A DNA stretch of 64,000 bases from the NCBI GenBank assembly GCA_963783305.1, contig CAWAMW010000007.1:448001-512000 (forward strand). The letters are read 5' to 3'. The position numbers were made by a program, and so were the translations under genes. This document shows, piece after piece, positions 28,487 to 37,369 of the stretch. The notes under the pieces are model-generated. The model had not been told where the DNA came from. It worked only from the letters and a program-made list of their open reading frames with translations, and did not search any database. Each line of letters begins with the position of its first letter. Position 1 is the first letter of the stretch. The stretch comes from an uncultured Gemmatimonadales bacterium. Lineage in GTDB: Bacteria > Gemmatimonadota > Gemmatimonadetes > Longimicrobiales > RSA9.

Positions 28487-28869
28487 TCCAGGACGCCAGC
28501 CCGCGGCTCGATGCATGGGACCGGTACGCTCGCGTCCTCGCGGGTCAGATCGCGGCGCTCGAGGGCGCCGAGCCGGACCTGGAGCGTTTCCACCAGCTGG
28601 CCCGGGAGCGTGCGCAGCTGGCCCGCGAGATCGACCAGCTCGGACGCGCGGAGCAGGAGGATCCGGCCTCGGCCGGTGTCGTCGCTCGGATCCGTGACCG
28701 GCTGGAGGACTGCCGCGTTTCTGATCGAGCCGTCCTGGACCGCATCGCCGAGCTCCGGGGCGAGACGCAGGAGGCTGTCGGGGAGATGCGCGCCCGCAGC
28801 GCGGGCCGTCGCGGCTACACCCGCGTCGGCGCCGAGAGCGGTGGTCAGCGCGTGGACGTCAGATCGTGA
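28483..28869 (+). CDS. FliT/FlgN-like helical chaperone
   Basis: 128-aa helical protein overlapping the fliS stop; positional inference. Confidence 0.55.
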   Translation: MIQDASPRLDAWDRYARVLAGQIAALEGAEPDLERFHQLARERAQLAREIDQLGRAEQEDPASAGVVARIRDRLEDCRVSDRAVLDRIAELRGETQEAVGEMRARSAGRRGYTRVGAESGGQRVDVRS

Positions 28870-28893
28870 GACACTCGTTGAACCGCCGGACGC

Positions 28894-28920
28894 TAAAGTT
28901 TTTTTCACACGTGCCGAAAC
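28894..28920 (+). promoter_or_regulatory. sigma28 promoter of flgM-cheY-cheZ
   Basis: TAAA-N15-GCCGAAAC. Confidence 0.8.
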
Positions 28921-28945
28921 CTCCAGTACACAGGAGGAGGAAACC

Positions 28946-29227
28946 ATGATCGGACCAATCGACAACAAGCCCATTCGCCTCGACCGGACCAGCGCGCCCG
29001 GAGCCGCGGGCGAGGATGACAGGAAGGCGCAGGGTCGGCCGCGGCAGACCGACCGCGTCGAGATCTCCGCGGAGGCCCGGCAGCGGGCGGCGGAGAGCCA
29101 GACCGTGAGCGGTCTTTCGCCCGAGCGTGTCGCAGAGATCAAGGACAGGCTCGCCGACGGCAGCTACGGCTCCACCGAGGTGCTCGAGACCATCGCACAT
29201 CGCATGATCGAGCAGGGAGACGTCTGA
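28946..29227 (+). CDS. flgM: Anti-sigma28 factor FlgM
   Basis: DRVEISAEAR, ERVAEIKDRLADGSY; strong RBS aggaggagg. Confidence 0.88.
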   Translation: MIGPIDNKPIRLDRTSAPGAAGEDDRKAQGRPRQTDRVEISAEARQRAAESQTVSGLSPERVAEIKDRLADGSYGSTEVLETIAHRMIEQGDV

Positions 29228-29230
29228 GCC

Positions 29231-29611
29231 ATGAAATTCCTGATCGTGGACGACTCGGCCACCATGCGCCGCATCGTCTCCAACTCGCTCAGCCGCATCG
29301 GATACTCCGCGTTCGTGGAAGCCGAGGACGGCGTCCAGGCGCTGAACGTGTTCGACGGGACGATCGAGTTCGTCATCACCGACTGGAACATGCCCAACAT
29401 GGGCGGTCTGGACCTGGTCAAGCAGATCCGGGCGCGGCCGGACGGCAAGTCGGTACCGATCCTCATGGTCACCACCCGGAGCATCCGGGAGGACATCGTC
29501 ACCGCCGCACAGGCCGGTGTGAACAATTACGTGGTGAAGCCCTTCACCCCGGACGTGCTCAAGGAGAAGATCGATCAGATCCTGGGCGCGGCCGCGGGCG
29601 CGGCGGCGTGA
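29231..29611 (+). CDS. cheY: Chemotaxis response regulator CheY
   Basis: LIVDDSATMRRI, ITDWNMPNM, YVVKPFT. Confidence 0.93.
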   Translation: MKFLIVDDSATMRRIVSNSLSRIGYSAFVEAEDGVQALNVFDGTIEFVITDWNMPNMGGLDLVKQIRARPDGKSVPILMVTTRSIREDIVTAAQAGVNNYVVKPFTPDVLKEKIDQILGAAAGAAA

Positions 29612-29627
29612 CCGGAGGGAGGCGATC

Positions 29628-30314
29628 ATGGGCGGCCTGTCCCAGGAGCAGCTGCAGGACTCCGAGGCGACCCTTCGCCTCGTGGACGACCTCGTCGCCG
29701 AGCTCGGCCGCAAGCCGGACGAGGACCGGCTCGATGTCGGCGTGATCCGCATGCTCGACCGCCTGGCCGAGCGGCGCAGCGAGGTCCAGGGCGTCGAGGG
29801 GCTCCTCGTCCGCATGTACGCCGAGCTCCAGCGGATCCTCTACAGCGTGCGCAAGAGCCGCGGCCTCCTCGAGGAAGCCGCCATCGGCCACCTGGAGAGC
29901 ACCACCGCCAAGCTGAAGGAAGTCTCCTCCGCCACCGAGTTCGCCGCCAGCAGCATGCTCGATGGCGTGGACCGCGCCCTCGAGCTCGTGGACCACGTCC
30001 AGGCCGCGCCCGACGACGGCGCCGCCTTCGACTCGCTCCGCGACGAGCTCCACTCGCTCGTCATTGCGCTCCAGTTCCAGGACATCACGTCCCAGCAGCT
30101 CGAACACGCGTCCGCCATCATCGCCGACCTCGAGCACCAGCTCCGCCGGGTGACCCAGGTCTTCGCCATGACCGTGCTCCGCGAGGTCGACGAAGAAGAC
30201 GAGGCCGACACGCTCTGCTTCCGGACGCCCATCGGCGCATTCGATCCCGCCGCGTCCACCAGTGACGCCGCGCAGCGTCAGGCCGTCGCAGACGACATCT
30301 TCGGCCTGGGATGA
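29628..30314 (+). CDS. cheZ: CheZ-like phosphatase
   Basis: LKEVSSATEFAA, LQFQDITSQQ (DxxxQ), C-terminal QAVADDIF. Confidence 0.8.
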   Translation: MGGLSQEQLQDSEATLRLVDDLVAELGRKPDEDRLDVGVIRMLDRLAERRSEVQGVEGLLVRMYAELQRILYSVRKSRGLLEEAAIGHLESTTAKLKEVSSATEFAASSMLDGVDRALELVDHVQAAPDDGAAFDSLRDELHSLVIALQFQDITSQQLEHASAIIADLEHQLRRVTQVFAMTVLREVDEEDEADTLCFRTPIGAFDPAASTSDAAQRQAVADDIFGLG

Positions 30315-30398
30315 CCCCACCGCGGGCGTCCCTTGCCCGCCGCTCCACTCCGCCGTAGCCTCCGCTGGCCCACCCCGTCCAGCCAACGCCGAGGCCCC

Positions 30399-31556
30399 AT
30401 GCTCGACTGCCAGGCCCACCACTTCTCGCTCCCCCCGGACGTCCACTACCTGAACGGCGCTTACATGTCGCCGCTCCTCCGCGCCGTGGAGGACGCCGGG
30501 ATCGAGGCCGTACGCGCCCGGCGGTTTCCCATCGACATCGAGCCCCGCCACTTCTTCGAGGGCGCCGACACCGCACGATCCCGCTTCGCTCGCCTCATCC
30601 AGGCCGACGATCCCGCCCGCGTGGCGCTCCTGCCCGCCGCGTCCTACGGCATCGCTGTCGCCGCCCGGAACACCCCCATCCACCCGGGCCAGAACGTGGT
30701 TCTGACGGAAGGGCAGTTCCCGAGCAACGCCCTCGTCTGGCGCCGCCTCGCCGCCGAGGCCGGGGGCCACGTCCGGACCGTGACCTCGCCGCAGCAGACC
30801 CGCGGCCGCGGACGCGCCTGGTCCGACCGCGTCCTCGACGCCATCGACGCCGACACCGCCGCCGTCGCCCTGGCGCCCGTCCACTGGACCGACGGCAGTC
30901 GCTTCGATCTCCACTCCATCGGGGAACGCGCCCGCCACGTCGGCGCCGCCTTCGTCATCGACGGTACCCAGGCCGTCGGTGCCATGCCGTTCGACATCGG
31001 TCGCACCGGCGCGGACGCCCTCATCTGCGCCGCCTACAAGTGGCTCCTCGGCCCGTACTCCATGGCCTTCGGCTGGTTCGGGCCGCGCTATGACGGCGGC
31101 ACGCCCCTGGAGGAAGCCTGGCTCGCCCGCAAGGGCAGCGACGACTTCAGGAACCTCGTCGACTACGTGGAGGACTACCGGCCGGCCGCCGCCCGCTACG
31201 ACGTGGGCGGCCGCAGCAACTTCACCCTCGTCCCCATGGCCACCGCCGCCCTCGACCAGCTCCTCGAGTGGGGACCCGCTGCCATCGAGGACTACTGCCG
31301 TCACCTCACCCGCGACCTCTTCGAGCGCCTCGCCGAACGCGGGTTCCAGGCCGACGACGAAGACGGCCGCGCCGCTCACCTCTTCGGGATCCGCGCCCCC
31401 GCACACCTCGATACCGCCACCCTCAAGGCCGAGCTGGACCGCCGCGCCATCTACGTATCGCTCCGAGGCGCCGCCATTCGCGTCTCTCCCAACGTCTACA
31501 ATACCCCCGCCGACATCACCGCTCTCGGCGACGCGATCATCGAGGCCGCAGGCTGA
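30399..31556 (+). CDS. Aminotransferase class V PLP enzyme (cysteine desulfurase/selenocysteine lyase-like)
   Basis: YLNGAYMSP, QFPSN, VIDGTQAVG, AAYKWLLGP, IRVSPNVYN. Confidence 0.88.
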   Translation: MLDCQAHHFSLPPDVHYLNGAYMSPLLRAVEDAGIEAVRARRFPIDIEPRHFFEGADTARSRFARLIQADDPARVALLPAASYGIAVAARNTPIHPGQNVVLTEGQFPSNALVWRRLAAEAGGHVRTVTSPQQTRGRGRAWSDRVLDAIDADTAAVALAPVHWTDGSRFDLHSIGERARHVGAAFVIDGTQAVGAMPFDIGRTGADALICAAYKWLLGPYSMAFGWFGPRYDGGTPLEEAWLARKGSDDFRNLVDYVEDYRPAAARYDVGGRSNFTLVPMATAALDQLLEWGPAAIEDYCRHLTRDLFERLAERGFQADDEDGRAAHLFGIRAPAHLDTATLKAELDRRAIYVSLRGAAIRVSPNVYNTPADITALGDAIIEAAG

Positions 31557-31622
31557 CCGACGCCGCCGTCGCCGGGGTGCCGCACCCTTTACGCCCCCCG
31601 TCCTTGTCGCGAGCTTACCCCC

Positions 31623-32165
31623 ATGAGATACCACGTGCTTATCGCCCTCGCGGCGACCGTCATGATCGGCTGCGGGCAGGCGCCCGAAGACGCCCGCGCC
31701 GCGGGAGAATCCAGGCCCGAGGCCGGGAGCGAGCGGCTGGCGCTGGCAGCGTCGTCCGACGCGGATTTCGTCGTCTACAAGTCGCCCACGTGCGGATGCT
31801 GCAACGGCTGGATCGACCACCTGCGGGAGGCCGGGTACACGGTCGAGGCGGTGGACATCCCGGGCTACCAGGACCTGCAGGACCGCAAGCGCGCCGAGGG
31901 CGTGCCGGGGGACCTGGGCTCCTGCCACACCGCCACCATCGAGGGCTACACCATCGAGGGGCACGTGCCGGCAGAAAGCATCGAGCGGCTGCTCCGCGAG
32001 CGACCCGACATCAAGGGCCTCGCCGTGCCGGGCATGCCCATCGGCTCGCCCGGAATGCCGGGACCGAACCCGCAGGCCTACGACGTCATCGCGTTCACCG
32101 GGGACGGCGAGCGGTCCGTCTTCGAGCGCGCCGAGCCGGTTCAGCTCAGGAGCGACACCAGGTAG
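31623..32165 (+). CDS. DUF411 family metal-binding lipoprotein
   Basis: Lipobox MIGC; VYKSPTCGCC, SCHTA, IEGHVPA, LAVPGMPIGSPGM. Confidence 0.9.
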   Translation: MRYHVLIALAATVMIGCGQAPEDARAAGESRPEAGSERLALAASSDADFVVYKSPTCGCCNGWIDHLREAGYTVEAVDIPGYQDLQDRKRAEGVPGDLGSCHTATIEGYTIEGHVPAESIERLLRERPDIKGLAVPGMPIGSPGMPGPNPQAYDVIAFTGDGERSVFERAEPVQLRSDTR

Positions 32166-33409
32166 ACGACACCCAGGGCGCTCAGCGACACGATCGCCAC
32201 CCACGTCACCCCCCGCAGCACGGCCCCGGGGCGGTGCTCCGGTGCCACCGCTCGACTGGTCACCGCTCGCAGGTTCAGGTACCCCAGCAGCGGCGCGGTC
32301 AGGAACGTCACGATCGTCGCGAAGTCCACCATGTCCGTGAGCGACCCCGCCAGCAGCGCCAGCACGGCGGGCGTCACGATCCCGATGACCAGCATCGCGA
32401 TCCAGTAGCCGGACCCCGTCTCTCGCCGCTCCACTCCGCCCGCGTCGCGCCCCCTCAATACCTCCAGGGAACGGGCGATCCCGCGGGGGAACCCGTCCAC
32501 CACCGTGAGCGATGTCGAGAACATGGTCGTCAACACCGCCACCAGAACGAACGGCCGCGCCCACGCGCCCAGGGTCTCCGAATACAGCTCCACCAGCTGG
32601 AGCGAAAACACCGCCCCCGCCGGGCTGAAGCTCTCGCCGCTCCCGTACAGGACGGCCGCCCCAAGCGTCAGGAACGCGAACGCCATGATCCCGGTCCCCA
32701 CGTAGCCGATCCGGAAATCGAGCAGCGCGTCGGCCACACTCGTCCGCACCTTCTCGCTCTCGTCCTTCGCCAGCGTCCAGAGCGAGTTCCACACCGAGAT
32801 GTCCACCGCGGACGGCATCCAGCCCACCAGCGCGAGCACGAACGCCAGCTCCACCAGTCCGCCGCTCTCCGCCGGACCGATCGGAGGGATCAGCGCCAGC
32901 GTCCCCAGGTCGGCCCTCGGCAGCGCGTACCCGGCCGCGACCAGCGTCGAGATCGCCAGCAGCACCAGCACCCCCTTCACCGTCCGGTCCAGAAGACGAT
33001 ACCGGCCCACCCACAGCAGCCCCGCGCACCCGGCGTACAGCAGCCCCGCCGCCCACCACGCCGGCCACTCCAGGCCCACCACCGAAAGCACCAGGAACGC
33101 CGTGAACAGAAGGATCGCCGCGTCCACGATCACCGACGTCACGAGCGTGATGGCGAGGTACACCCAGACCGCCCACCGGCCGATCCCCGCGTACCCCTCC
33201 ACCAGGCTCTCGCCCGTGGCCGCGGCGTACCGGGGGCCGAACTCGAAGAACGGGTACTTCAGGATCAGCGCCGCCACGATCACGCCCGCGAGTCCGAAGC
33301 CGGCGTCCGCACCCGCACGTGTCGACTGCACCAGGTGCGACACGCCGATGGCCGCGGCCGCCCACAGCAGGCCGGGCCCGAAGCTCTTCCAGAACGTGGT
33401 GGGTATCAT
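32141..33409 (-). CDS. Nramp-like divalent metal transporter
   Basis: GPGLLWAAAAIGVSHLVQSTRAGA, GWMP, MFSTSLTVVDG; about 11 TM helices. Confidence 0.85.
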   Translation of the reverse strand: MIPTTFWKSFGPGLLWAAAAIGVSHLVQSTRAGADAGFGLAGVIVAALILKYPFFEFGPRYAAATGESLVEGYAGIGRWAVWVYLAITLVTSVIVDAAILLFTAFLVLSVVGLEWPAWWAAGLLYAGCAGLLWVGRYRLLDRTVKGVLVLLAISTLVAAGYALPRADLGTLALIPPIGPAESGGLVELAFVLALVGWMPSAVDISVWNSLWTLAKDESEKVRTSVADALLDFRIGYVGTGIMAFAFLTLGAAVLYGSGESFSPAGAVFSLQLVELYSETLGAWARPFVLVAVLTTMFSTSLTVVDGFPRGIARSLEVLRGRDAGGVERRETGSGYWIAMLVIGIVTPAVLALLAGSLTDMVDFATIVTFLTAPLLGYLNLRAVTSRAVAPEHRPGAVLRGVTWVAIVSLSALGVVYLVSLLS

Positions 33410-33439
33410 GAGGCGCTATTTCCAGGTCGCTGAAAGGGG

Positions 33440-33720
33440 GAGGCGGGAGCGAACGGTCGCTCGCGCTCCCTGTCGATCGCTTCGCTGCGCTCGCTGGTCG
33501 ACCGCGTCGGCCTGCGGCCTCCCGGGTCGATCTCCGCTGCGCTCCCTCTTTCTCCGGTGTCCCCGCCGATAGTCGCAGCGGCAAGGCACAGGTGCGTGCC
33601 CCGCCCCGTCGACGCCGCGCGTAGCGCGGGCGCCTCGCGCAAAGCGCGGGCGATCGACCCCCCGCGCCAGCGGGTCCCGAAGGGAGCGCAGCGACCGCAG
33701 GGATCGACCCTCGCTCCCTC
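33440..33720. repeat. Cluster of REP-like palindromes, including copy 2 of the two-arm repeat (33603-33660)
   Basis: GAGCGCAGCG motif at 33482-33492 (-), 33535-33546 (-) and 33684-33694 (+); gggtcgatc/gatcgaccc inverted pair. Confidence 0.75.
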
Positions 33721-33756
33721 GACTTCTTCAGCCGCAGTGCAAGCTGCACCCGTAAC

Positions 33757-33783
33757 TAAAGTCTCTGCCCCTGCCGCCGAAAC
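33757..33783 (+). promoter_or_regulatory. sigma28-type promoter upstream of the PAS hybrid kinase
   Basis: TAAA-N15-GCCGAAAC, same boxes as the flgM promoter. Confidence 0.75.
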
Positions 33784-33820
33784 TGCCCTTCGAACGGCAC
33801 GCCCACAACCTTGGCACCGG

Positions 33821-36157
33821 ATGCCCATGACCATGGTCACTTCCACAGGCACGGCCACCGCACCTCTCCCTCGGGAGGTCCGAGAGCCGCTGCCGGACGA
33901 GGGCCATAAAGCATACGCCTCGCTCCTCGAGTCCAGCCCCGATATGGCCTGGACCAAGGATAGTCTCCTCCGCCTCACCTCCTGCAATGCGGCCATGGCG
34001 GCGGCGATTGGCGCGCCGACGTCCGAGATCCTCGGCCGCACGATCCTGCACCTCCTTCCAGCCATGGTGGCACGCCCCATGGAGGAGAGTGACCGGCAGG
34101 TCCTGCAAACCGGTCGCCCCGTCACAATCGAGGAGCGCATCACCACCCGGGGCATCGTACGGATCATCGAGACCAGCAAGAGCCCGATCCGCGATTCGCG
34201 CGGTCGGATCACTGGCCTCCTCGGCGTCTCTCGCGACATCACCGCGCGCCGGGAGGCCGAAGCACGGCTCCACGGGAGTGAAGAGCGATATCGCACTCTC
34301 TTCCACGACGTCCCCGTCGGTCTCTACCGCACTCGCGCCAATGGTGAGATCCTCCACGTGAACGCGATTCTGGCCCGGATGTTCGGCCATGAGGATCCCT
34401 CCGCGCTCGAAGGTGGGACCCTCTCTCTCGACTATTACGTCGACACCGCCGACCGCGACCGCTGGCGGGCGATTCTCCAGCGCACGGGCACGGTACGCGG
34501 GTTCGAGATGCGCCAGCGCACTGCCGATGGTCGCACCATCTGGGTTCGTCTGAACGGTCGCGCGCAGCGCAGCGCCGACGGGCGCGTCCTCTACTACGAG
34601 GGGTCCATCGAGGACATCACCGAGCTCCGCGCGGCCGAGGCCAGCGCCCGCCACTCCGCGGACACTCTCAGCACGATCCTCGAGGCCGCACCGGTCGGCG
34701 TGATCGTCATGGATGCGGACGGCCACATCGACATGTGGAACGCCTCTGCCGACCGCATCCTGGGCTGGCAGGGCAGGGACGTGCGCGGGTCGACCTTCCC
34801 GTTCCCCGATGCCGCCACCGGCCCGGACCTCCGAGCGCGCCTCGATGAAGTCACCCGGCTCGCTCGCGTGGTTCGCGTCGAGGGGACCGTAGCCCATCCC
34901 GATCAGCCGGTCCATGTGGCCGTTTCGCTCGCGCCCCTACCGGCCAGCGACCAGGGTGCGGCGGGCGTGGTGGCCGTGGTCGACGACGTTACCGTGCAGC
35001 GATCCCTCGAGGACCAGCTTCGCCACGCCCAGAAGATGGAAGCCGTGGGCACGCTCGCCGGCGGGATCGCACACGACTTCAACAACGTCATGACCGCCAT
35101 CGGCGGCCATGTGGAGCTGCTCCTCGATGACATCCCCGACGAGCACCCGCACCACGCCGATCTGACCGAGATCCGGACCGGAGTGGACCGCGCCGCCGCC
35201 CTCACCAAGCACCTCCTCGCCTTCAGCCGCCAGCAGGTGCTGCAGCCCCGCGTCCTCGACCTCCGCCACGTCGTTCAACGCGTCGAGCCCATGCTCCGAC
35301 GGCTCATCCGCGAGAACATTCGCCTCACCACCCGTCTCGGCGATCACCCTCGGTGGGTACGCATCGACCCCAATCGGATCGAGCAGGTGATCATTAACCT
35401 GATCGTCAATGCGCGCGACGCCATCTCGGGCCCGGGGTCGATTGAGATCGGCGTGGCCGACAGTACTCTCGGCGCCGACCACGGCGAGCACGGTCTCCCA
35501 CCAGGTCGCTACGTCCACCTCACCGTCAGCGACACCGGCTCGGGCATCGATGCCGCTACCATGGGTCACATCTTCGATCCCTTCTTCACGACCAAGGAGC
35601 CGGGCGCCGGCACCGGACTCGGCCTCAGCACGGCCTACGGCACCATCAAGCAGAGCGGCGGCCACCTCGGCGTCTGCAGCACGCCCGGGGAAGGCGCCAC
35701 GTTCGAGATCGTGCTGCCCCTGTTCGCCGCGCCGGCCGAGCCGGAGTCCGCGGCACCGGTCCGGCCGAGCCCCCACCTCAGCGCCGGAGAGACCATCCTC
35801 CTCGTCGAGGATGAGCCCGCGGTACGGGAGCTGGCCCGGCGCGTCCTCCACCGCGCCGGCTACGTCGTCCTCACCGCCGACCGACCCTCCGCGGCCGAAG
35901 CCACCCTGGCCCGCGGCACGTCCATCGATCTCCTCGTCACGGACGTCGTGATGCCCGAGATGAACGGCGATGCCCTCGCCCGCCGCATCCGGACCTCGCT
36001 GCCCCACATGCCCGTTATTCTCATGAGCGGATACACCGGCGACGACCTCGCCGGCGACGGCGCGATACTCCCCAACAGCACATTCCTCGAAAAGCCCTTC
36101 ACACCGGCTCGCCTCGTTGCCGTTGTGGGCGCCGCCCTCTCCAACGCCCGCCACTGA
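33821..36157 (+). CDS. PAS-PAS-PAS hybrid sensor histidine kinase with receiver domain
   Basis: Three PAS domains, QKMEAVGTLAGGIAHDFNN, NLIVNARDA, GTGLGLST, REC (VTDVVMP); start uncertain (33821/33827/33833). Confidence 0.92.
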   Translation: MPMTMVTSTGTATAPLPREVREPLPDEGHKAYASLLESSPDMAWTKDSLLRLTSCNAAMAAAIGAPTSEILGRTILHLLPAMVARPMEESDRQVLQTGRPVTIEERITTRGIVRIIETSKSPIRDSRGRITGLLGVSRDITARREAEARLHGSEERYRTLFHDVPVGLYRTRANGEILHVNAILARMFGHEDPSALEGGTLSLDYYVDTADRDRWRAILQRTGTVRGFEMRQRTADGRTIWVRLNGRAQRSADGRVLYYEGSIEDITELRAAEASARHSADTLSTILEAAPVGVIVMDADGHIDMWNASADRILGWQGRDVRGSTFPFPDAATGPDLRARLDEVTRLARVVRVEGTVAHPDQPVHVAVSLAPLPASDQGAAGVVAVVDDVTVQRSLEDQLRHAQKMEAVGTLAGGIAHDFNNVMTAIGGHVELLLDDIPDEHPHHADLTEIRTGVDRAAALTKHLLAFSRQQVLQPRVLDLRHVVQRVEPMLRRLIRENIRLTTRLGDHPRWVRIDPNRIEQVIINLIVNARDAISGPGSIEIGVADSTLGADHGEHGLPPGRYVHLTVSDTGSGIDAATMGHIFDPFFTTKEPGAGTGLGLSTAYGTIKQSGGHLGVCSTPGEGATFEIVLPLFAAPAEPESAAPVRPSPHLSAGETILLVEDEPAVRELARRVLHRAGYVVLTADRPSAAEATLARGTSIDLLVTDVVMPEMNGDALARRIRTSLPHMPVILMSGYTGDDLAGDGAILPNSTFLEKPFTPARLVAVVGAALSNARH

Positions 36158-36251
36158 GAACGCGCTGCCCCCGCCACTCCACGGATTGCCAGTCACGCGC
36201 CCTTGCCGTTACCGTCCTTCCGCACGAGCGCTTGCAGAGGCAGCTGAGCAC

Positions 36252-36349
36252 GGGGGCGGATCGGGTCTGGTGGCCTGAACGGTCTTCAAAACCGTCTGGC
36301 CCGGCGTAAGAACCGGGTTGGTGAGTTCGATTCTCACACGCTCCCGCCA
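36252..36349 (+). tRNA. selC: tRNA-Sec (anticodon UCA)
   Basis: acggt-CTTCAAA-accgt anticodon arm, long variable arm, gtgag-TTCGATT-ctcac T arm, extended acceptor stem, GCCA end. Confidence 0.93.
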
Positions 36350-36433
36350 GCTCCCCCCCCCGGAACCGGTCCGTCAGGAACTTGCACCGTCGGGGAGCGC
36401 CGAACCGGACCGACCCCTCACGACCCTGCGACC

Positions 36434-37351
36434 ATGCTCGAGATCATCAAGACCGCGTTCCGTGACTTCAAGGACGACGAAGCTCCGCGCCTCGCCGCCG
36501 CACTGTCCTACTACACCATCTTCTCACTCCCGCCCCTCCTGATCCTCCTGGTCATGATCGCCGCCCTCTTCTTCGATCCCCAGGACGTGCAGGGGCGCCT
36601 GGTCCAGGAGATCGGGGGTGCCATCGGGCCCCAGGCCGCCGAGCAGATCAGGGCCATGATCGAGCACGCCGACCGCCCGGGAAGCGGGGGTGTCGTCATG
36701 ACCGTCCTCAGCGTAGCCGCGCTCATATTCGGCGCCACGGGCGCGTTCGGGCAGCTGCAGGCGGCGCTGAACAAGGCGTGGGAGGTCGAGAAGGACCCGG
36801 AGCAGGGCGGACTCCTTCAGATGGTCACGAAGCGCGTTCTGTCCTTCGGGATGATCCTCGTCATCGCGTTCCTGCTCCTGGTCTCGCTCGTCCTGAGCAC
36901 GCTCCTGGGCGCCGCGGGCGGTGCCGTGGCCTCGCTCCTGCCTGCCGGACTCGGTTCGGCCGCGCTCTGGGCGGTGGACATCGGCCTTTCCCTACTCGTG
37001 ATCACGGTCCTCTTCATGGCCATGTACCGGCTCCTCCCGGACGCCGAGATCGCATGGAAGGACGTCTGGCACGGCGCCCTGGCCTCCGCCGTGCTCTTCG
37101 TCCTCGGGAAGTTCCTCCTGGGCTTCTACATCTCGCACAGCGACCCCGGCAGCGCCTATGGCGCCGCGGGCTCCCTCGCCGTCATTCTCGTCTGGGTCTA
37201 CTACTCCGCCATGATCTTCTTCTTCGGCGCGGAGTTCACCCAGGCCTACGCGGAGAGCCGCGGCTCCGGGATCCGTCCCGACGACGACGCCGTCCGGGTC
37301 GTCGAGGAGACGCGCCGCGAGCCCAGTGCGCAGGACCGCACGCGCGGCTGA
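36434..37351 (+). CDS. YihY/virulence factor BrkB family membrane protein
   Basis: AAALSYYTIFSLPP, YGAAGSLAVILVWVYYSAMIFFFGAE. Confidence 0.92.
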   Translation: MLEIIKTAFRDFKDDEAPRLAAALSYYTIFSLPPLLILLVMIAALFFDPQDVQGRLVQEIGGAIGPQAAEQIRAMIEHADRPGSGGVVMTVLSVAALIFGATGAFGQLQAALNKAWEVEKDPEQGGLLQMVTKRVLSFGMILVIAFLLLVSLVLSTLLGAAGGAVASLLPAGLGSAALWAVDIGLSLLVITVLFMAMYRLLPDAEIAWKDVWHGALASAVLFVLGKFLLGFYISHSDPGSAYGAAGSLAVILVWVYYSAMIFFFGAEFTQAYAESRGSGIRPDDDAVRVVEETRREPSAQDRTRG

Positions 37352-37369
37352 GACCGCCCGACGGCCACG

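Noticed and set aside
30399..31556. Functional link between the class V aminotransferase and tRNA-Sec, or a local selenoprotein
   Set aside because: 4.7 kb apart with unrelated genes between; the family is widespread; no convincing in-frame TGA readthrough noticed
29559..33749. 1396-aa minus-strand ORF
   Set aside because: Shadow frame across cheZ, the aminotransferase, DUF411 and Nramp; no domain signal; typical of high-GC DNA
36252..36433. Genomic island integrated at selC
   Set aside because: No integrase and no duplicated tRNA 3' end seen; flanking genes are housekeeping-like
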